Below the pieces are notes generated by a model. It was not told the DNA's origin and made no database searches. It worked only from the letters and a program-made list of their open reading frames with translations. A DNA stretch of 40,662 bases, from NCBI RefSeq assembly GCF_001194135.2, contig NC_068991.1, positions 45,270,158-45,310,819 on the forward strand, written 5' to 3'. Shown piece by piece: positions 34,449 to 40,662 of the stretch (the stretch's first letter is position 1; each line of letters begins with the position of its first letter). The translations under genes and the position numbers were made by a program. The stretch is from Octopus bimaculoides (taxonomy: Eukaryota).

Positions 34449-34718
34449 TCAGGCTTCTTTTTTTAAAGGTACATGAAAGTAAGTACCTTCTCTCTTTTTG
34501 TCACTTTTTGTTACAAGTCTATGCTTAAAATGGTGTCGTCTTTCAATTCTTACCATTCTTGCCACATTTACCCATTTTTTATTGAAACTTTCATTCGACA
34601 ACACTTTCCTCTCTATCCTCATCCTCCTTTTCAAGTGGTACTTGAAAAAGTTGACGAGGGACTGACCAGAGAGGAATGTGTTTGTTTGTAGACCTTTCAA
34701 ACGCGTCCACCACACGCA
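34449..34718 (-). mobile_element. 3' end of an L1/Tx1-like LINE ORF2
   Basis: An uninterrupted 88-codon frame, WWTRLKGLQTNTFLSGQSLVNFFKYHLKRRMRIERKVLS..FNKKWVNVARM, resembles the post-zinc-finger C-terminus of Tx1-type ORF2. It abuts (GATA)n. Confidence 0.55.
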
Positions 34719-34719
34719 A

Positions 34720-34743
34720 TAGATAGATAAATAGATAGATAAG

Positions 34744-34796
<53 letters not shown>

Positions 34797-34808
34797 TGAC
34801 AGATAGAT
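34720..34808. repeat. (GATA)n microsatellite
   Basis: Direct reading of the sequence. Confidence 0.95.
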
Positions 34809-35085
34809 ATAGGGCCAATTGGTAGGTTCGTTTGAGTATCGGATAGATTACTGTGCAGTTATTTTATATATACGAGTGAGTGGACAAACGAAAGAAGGGC
34901 ACTCAACACATTTATTGGGAGTTACATGTATGGATCGAAACAGTTTCATCCAAATTCGTTGGCACACTGAGTTTCAAGCCTGATACTTAATCTTCAGCCA
35001 TTTTGAATTTGAAATTGAAAATGGTTGAAGATTAGTAGCACGCTTGAAAAAATGTGTACCAACGAATTTGAATCAAACTGTTTTG

Positions 35086-35086
<1 letters not shown>

Positions 35087-35151
<65 letters not shown>

Positions 35152-35155
35152 TTAT
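35087..35155. repeat. (TCTA)n microsatellite
   Basis: Direct reading of the sequence. Confidence 0.95.
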
Positions 35156-35569
35156 NNNNNNNNNNNNNNNNNNNNNNNNNNNNNNNNNNNNNNNNNNNNN
35201 NNNNNNNNNNNNNNNNNNNNNNNNNNNNNNNNNNNNNNNNNNNNNNNNNNNNNNNNNNNNNNNNNNNNNNNNNNNNNNNNNNNNNNNNNNNNNNNNNNNN
35301 NNNNNNNNNNNNNNNNNNNNNNNNNNNNNNNNNNNNNNNNNNNNNNNNNNNNNNNNNNNNNNNNNNNNNNNNNNNNNNNNNNNNNNNNNNNNNNNNNNNN
35401 NNNNNNNNNNNNNNNNNNNTGTGTCTATAGTAGAAAGGATTATTGCTGTTGTTGTAAGACATTGTAGTTGCTGGATGTCTGATACACGAATCAATAATTT
35501 TGAGATAGAAAATTACCGGATGTTCTTTCATAAGAACTAATAATGATTTTAATTAGTCAAATTTGCGTG

Positions 35570-35613
<44 letters not shown>

Positions 35614-36131
35614 GCGTGCAGACACGAAACGCAGGTCAAATTAAAAAATTAAAAGAAACTGATATTTACAAAGAAACCTACGTTAATTGTGATGCATATA
35701 ACGTAAACTGTGGTTGAGTAAGAGCGGAGAGGATAGGGAGACAGAGAAGACAGAGTGGAGGCGGAGTGGGTGACGGAGAGGAAGTCGGAGAGTGAGTTGG
35801 AGAGTTAGATGGAGAGGGAGACGGTGGGGGTGAAGAAGAAGTGAGCGTGCACTGAGGACAGGGACAGATTATGTTAAAGAAGAATGGAGGGCGGTCCGTT
35901 CTGTGAATGTTTAGCTGACAATTACATTAATTATGTGTAAATCAATTTCAATTAGATTTAATTATACTTGAAAAAAAAATGAAATTTAATAAAATAAAAT
36001 AAAAATGATATGTTACGTTACGTTTCTGCTGCGAATAAACTGGTTGATATGATGAGAGGTGAAATGGTTATGGTTAATGGGCCACTGGGTATAGAGAAAA
36101 GAAAGGGATACACACACGCACGCGTGCACGT

Positions 36132-36177
<46 letters not shown>

Positions 36178-36187
36178 NNNNNNNNNN

Positions 36188-36231
<44 letters not shown>

Positions 36232-36429
36232 GAGAGATCGAAAGAGAGAGAAACAGAAATAACAGCGAGTGGAGAAAGACAGGGTGTGAGAGAGAGACGT
36301 AGGAGTTTTGTTTGATATGCACACGGTAAGAGAAGAGTTTAGCAGAACTGGTTCTTTGGTGGACAAAAGAAAAAGAAATTCGCGAATATACGAATAGTGA
36401 AGAAATTGTAAATCGGAAGCAAAAGATGG

Positions 36430-36462
<33 letters not shown>

Positions 36463-36464
36463 AA

Positions 36465-36497
<33 letters not shown>

Positions 36498-36776
36498 GTT
36501 TGTCTGTGTTAGGTACACAGCTTGTAATTTCCAAAACTCGCAGTCCTCCGTCGCTTATCACCTCTAAGTAAACATAACATCTACACCATTTCAGAACTCT
36601 GATCCTTAAAAACACTACACCTCTTGCCCAGTCCAGTTAAATATAGTCGCATCAACTATCTCCTTAACTCCAAATACCGTGCATGGATACTTAGCACCAG
36701 CCATAATTATATCGGATCGAGTTTAGCTTGTCCATTCCGATGTAGTCATAACTAGGCTCTATATACAGACACAGAA

Positions 36777-36988
36777 AGGCGGTGAACTGGCAGAAACGTT
36801 ATAATGCCGGGCGAAATGTTAAGCGGTATTTCGTCTGTCTTTACGTTCTGAGTTCAAATTCCGCCGAGGTTGACTTTGCCTTTCATCCTTTCAGGGTGTA
36901 TAAATTAAGTACCACTTGCGTACCGGGGTCGATCTAATCGACTGGCCCCTCCCCAAAAATTTCGGGTCTTGTGCCTAGAGTAGAAAGG
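36777..36988 (+). mobile_element. Full-length young SINE family B copy
   Basis: Complete head-core-tail with a perfect 17-bp TSD, TATATACAGACACAGAA (36760-36776 / 36989-37005). Confidence 0.92.
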
Positions 36989-37994
36989 TATATACAGACA
37001 CAGAAGCAGAAAGAGACTGCACAGTAAAGGGAATATACAACATACCTAAACTGTCCCGCTATATCAGATACAGCTAAGATCTTGCATGTCAAGATAGACA
37101 TTATGGTCTTTAATTAGTCAAAAACGTATGACATACCCGAAGATTTAGATCTTTAGTCCGAACTTAGACAGTAGGCCGGATATCCATGTACCATAAGTCT
37201 GTTCGATGAGGATCGAGTGAGGACTAAAAAACAGCAACAACAATCGGCTTGTTGATTGCCACCTATGCCACAACACATCAGACACCTTTTTCTATGTTTC
37301 ACTCACCTCCAAGCACTCATTAAACACTATACACAATACTTTCATCACGGAACATCAACTGCCTGGAATGACCTTTTTGTTCATGTTTGTCCTTGGGGGT
37401 GTGAACTAAGAAATGTCTGAATTGACCATCAACTTTAGCATTCCCAGTAATCTGAGGCAGCCTGTGAATGTCATGGACTTACCAACTGCACGTCAACTTT
37501 ATCAATATCATTCGTCTAGGATGACCTGACAATGTTATTGACTCACAAAATTATCCACAGCTTAATTGATTTCAATTGTCTGGGGTGGTCTGAGAGTGTC
37601 ATGGATTCAGGAACTGACCATCAACTGTATCAGACTCACCATTCTGTTGCGATATATGCAATTGCAAAAGGAAAGATAGTATGGGCGTGACTTGAATGGT
37701 CTTTGATTATAGACATATCTGTTCTTTTAGAGTCGATTTGGGGCGAAACAATAACAGCAATAACACAAGCCAACAAAAAGTCGTTTGATGTGTTGGAAAC
37801 AGTAGCCAAATCTTCCTCCAAATTACATTCTATTGCCTTAAAAGAGGAGTGTACATTACTTCATAAGGTCCAAATTGCAATGTCTGAATAAAATTTAGGA
37901 TGGTCACAACTGGATCTCCTATGATTACTTGTCTGTTTTATCATGGGAAACAACAACAACGACGACAACTATATCATCGTATATATCTAATAAT

Positions 37995-38105
37995 AGCTTT
38001 GGTCGGCCCGAGGCTATAGTAGAAGACACTTGCCCAAGGTGCCACGCAGTGCGAATGAACCCGGAACCACGTGGTTGGGAATCAAATTTCTTACTACCCA
38101 ACCAC
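37995..38105 (-). mobile_element. CORE-type tRNA SINE, 5' half
   Basis: Minus strand: GGTTCCGGGTTCATTCGCACTGCGTGGCACCTTGGGCAAGTGTCTTCTACTATAGCCTCGGGCCGACCAAAGC, containing the CCTTGGGCAAGT CORE motif. Confidence 0.8.
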
Positions 38106-38699
38106 ACTATTATCGTCTCTCGCATATTTCATCTTTTGTCATTGATACATTAACGAGCAGCATGTTGTATTCAGAAATCAACGCTGCCATCATCTTTCTC
38201 TTCATTTAAATCGTCTTATTCTCTGGCTGTAAATTCTTCCACACACACTCACACACACACCACCACCACCATCACTACCATCACTGAAGCACTACCACCA
38301 CCACTAAAACACCACTCTTTCCCGCACCCCATTTTCATCTCTTGATTTCGTCCATTTCCACCAACCATCAGCTTTTCCTTCAAAACTCTTGCACGCTACG
38401 ATAATGACAATACCATTTGTATAATTTTGTTTTTCATTGAGGCATGTTGTAATTTCGTGGTGATTGATATACAATACTGTCCTTCTCCGTCTTCTTCTTC
38501 TTCTTTAGGACTCGTCCTGCCCTCTCTAATAATATGCATCATACTTGTTCAAATCTTTCTCTTTCTCTTTCACTCTAGGTTACATTATGGATTACGTAAT
38601 TCTATTAAAACTATCACTTCTCTTTCCTCCGTGCTTGTAGACTGTCAATTTAGTCAGATGTCTATGTTGCTTTCACTTCTCTTTTCTTTCTTTCGTGCT

Positions 38700-38815
38700 G
38701 TCTTCCTCTCTCTCTCTCTCTTTTTCCCTTTCTTTCTTTCTCTCTTTCTTTCTTTCTCTCTTTCTTTCTTTCCTTCTTTCTTTCTCTCTTTCTTTCTTTC
38801 CTTCTTTCTTTTCTT
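38700..38815. repeat. (CT)/(CTTT)n polypyrimidine tract
   Basis: Direct reading of the sequence. Confidence 0.9.
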
Positions 38816-39107
38816 TGAAGTGTTTTCGTTTAAGACTTGATTGATATGAGTTAATTTCCTTTCGATCCATATGATATCTTAGCTATATTTATTCAAACAA
38901 GCTAGAGACAACCTTAACGCTCATTTCGATAGCCCACTCTAGAATACACATTTCTTTGATTATGGTCATCGTCTCCTATAAATATTAATTTTGTTCTTTC
39001 ATTATATTTTTAGTCATTTGTATTCATGGGAAGAAGTCATCGTCATTTTGTGTTTGCGCCATAAGAAGAGATCCATGTGTCAGTGTTGTTATTCTTGAGG
39101 CTCGGGA

Positions 39108-39200
39108 ATGGTGGTGTAGTTGACCAGTTGGCTTTACAACTGCATGATTCTGTTTTCGATCCCACTGAGCATCACCTTAGGAAAGTGTTTTCTGCTATTG
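39108..39200 (+). mobile_element. Diverged CORE-type SINE head
   Basis: TTCGATCCCACTGAGCATCACCTTAGGAAAGTGTTTTCTGCTAT resembles the CORE family. Confidence 0.55.
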
Positions 39201-39292
39201 CATTGATTTGATCCATGCATTGGTACTACAATTCGATTGGCAAAAACTACTTGGGAGAGCATCTTTGCTAGCTATTTGCTTATCAACTACAA

Positions 39293-39424
39293 ACATACAT
39301 ACATACATACATACATACTTGCATACATACATACATACTTGCATACATACATACACACGCACGCACACACAGACACACACGCACACATACATACGTACAT
39401 ACGTACATACATACATACATACAT
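39293..39424. repeat. (CATA)n / (CA)n compound microsatellite
   Basis: Direct reading; it ends exactly at the 5' junction of the LINE at 39425. Confidence 0.95.
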
Positions 39425-39796
39425 TACAAGTTCAGGTTTATACCTGTAATTATTGGAGCACTGGGGTATGTATCATACTGCCTAAATACCAATCTTGAGA
39501 AATTAAACTTCTCAAAACCAGGAAGAAGAAAGCTGATCCAAAGACCAAAAATCCAATCCCTCACCGGAACTGTAAAATTCTGCAAAACTTTCCAGAAGTT
39601 CATCATTTAAGTATATGCATGAGAAGACATACATAAAACAAAACAGACAAATCTGCACGTATACATACATATACACATACATACATACACACAAAAACAT
39701 CCTGTTGTTGATGTTAAAATTCCAATGAAGGGGTCATCGATCTAGGTTAGAAACCGGCTCTTTCAAGAAATCTTGAAATAAAACTGAAAAAAATGA
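39425..39796 (+). mobile_element. 5'-truncated RLE (R4/Dong-like) LINE, copy X, with intact C-terminal frame
   Basis: 39425-39610 reads YKFRFIPVIIGALGYVSYCLNTNLEKLNFSKPGRRKLIQRPKIQSLTGTVKFCKTFQKFII* with no interruption. The 3' UTR ends AATAAAACTGAAAAAAATGA followed by (CATA)3. Confidence 0.85.
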
Positions 39797-39810
39797 CATA
39801 CATACATACA

Positions 39811-40581
39811 AGAAACTACTTACCCCTGAGGCATGATATAGTTGCAAGGAGTACAATGTTATTCGTAGGAAAGATTGCCCGGACGCATACATTAAATGCA
39901 TGTCAGAACCTACAGGTATCCACATTTTTAAAAACAAGAAATACTGGTGGGATACCCTCCACCAAAAAAAAAGACATCAACTCGATACAAACATGACAAA
40001 CCTGATATTGTTCTGTGGGACAGAGAACACAAGTCATGTACTGTTGTACAGGTCAGCTGCCCAGGGGATGTGAGTGTACAGTCAAAAGTCCAGGAAAAGG
40101 AGAACATGTATGGCGAATTAATGCGGTACTTATAGCTCTTGTACCCTGACTTTGAATTCTCATTTGTACCTGTCATCACATCTGCATTAAGTTATGTACC
40201 AACAACTTTTGCACAAAATGCGAGGAATACTCGGTTTCACGGAATCAGAGTAATGGAGACTGACATGAATTTTACTAAATCCAGTTTATTAATGACACAA
40301 TGAAGATTTGCAAGACGTTCCCAGATTCTTATGTGAATAGATGCACACACTTGGATGTATGCATCGACAGTTCAACCAACACACCAACTCAACCACATAT
40401 TAACAAACATCGGCAAAGCTCTTAACTCAAAACGTCTTGTCGCTTTGTTAGCTTTGTAACTATAAAAATAATTTAATTGAAGCTACCCATTCCGTACTCA
40501 ATCTAGATCAGTGCTTCACAACCTTACTTCACTTCCGTTACACTTATATTCTTTCAATTCTCATGAAACTGAACGAAAAAT
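39811..40581 (+). mobile_element. 5'-truncated RLE (R4/Dong-like) LINE, copy Y
   Basis: NYLPLRHDIVAR, HDKPDIVLWDREHKSCTVVQVSCPGD..EKENMYGEL..L*LLYPDFEFSFVPVI and IQFINDTMKICKTF. The 3' UTR aligns with 13325-13510. It ends AAACTGAACGAAAAAT followed by (CATA)4. Confidence 0.85.
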
Positions 40582-40662
40582 CATACATACATACATACAT
40601 AAATACATAAATACATATGAAAGCACGTATGTGTGTATGTATGTATGTATATATGCATATAT

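Overview
AT-rich animal genomic DNA, most likely from a coleoid cephalopod (Octopus-like). This is inferred from the tRNA-derived SINE families and the very high density of (TA)n, (CA)n, (CATA)n, (GATA)n and (GA)n microsatellites. It is not prokaryotic: I found no operons, rRNA, CRISPR arrays or genuine tRNA genes. About 4.25 kb (~10%) is N in 12 gaps (386-1008, 2223-2707, 4685-5448, 6776-6975, 9488-9497, 11036-11201, 14527-14815, 16579-16714, 28883-29826, 34053-34411, 35156-35419, 36178-36187), mostly at microsatellites. No host protein-coding gene can be supported. Most supplied ORFs are microsatellite or gap artefacts, or transposon remnants; two weak exon candidates are noted. The window reads as intergenic or intronic sequence filled with mobile elements: a full-length but decayed DD37D (maT-type) Tc1/mariner element, two mariner MITEs, five fragments of restriction-like-endonuclease (RLE; R4/Dong-like) LINEs, CR1-like and L1/Tx1-like LINE remnants, at least six tRNA-SINE families, and small Penelope-like elements. 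Best leads: (1) an RLE LINE lineage whose ends sit in (CATA)n tetranucleotide repeats, including a tandem pair at 39425-40581, which suggests a (CATA)n-targeting retrotransposon alongside a classical (TAA)n Dong-like lineage; (2) a ~200-bp Penelope-like mini-element carrying a minimal hammerhead-ribozyme fold with a core variant (7798-7835, minus strand); (3) a 150-bp fold-back insert in a (TA)n tract (7478-7627). All family assignments come from motif recognition by eye, not from database searches.
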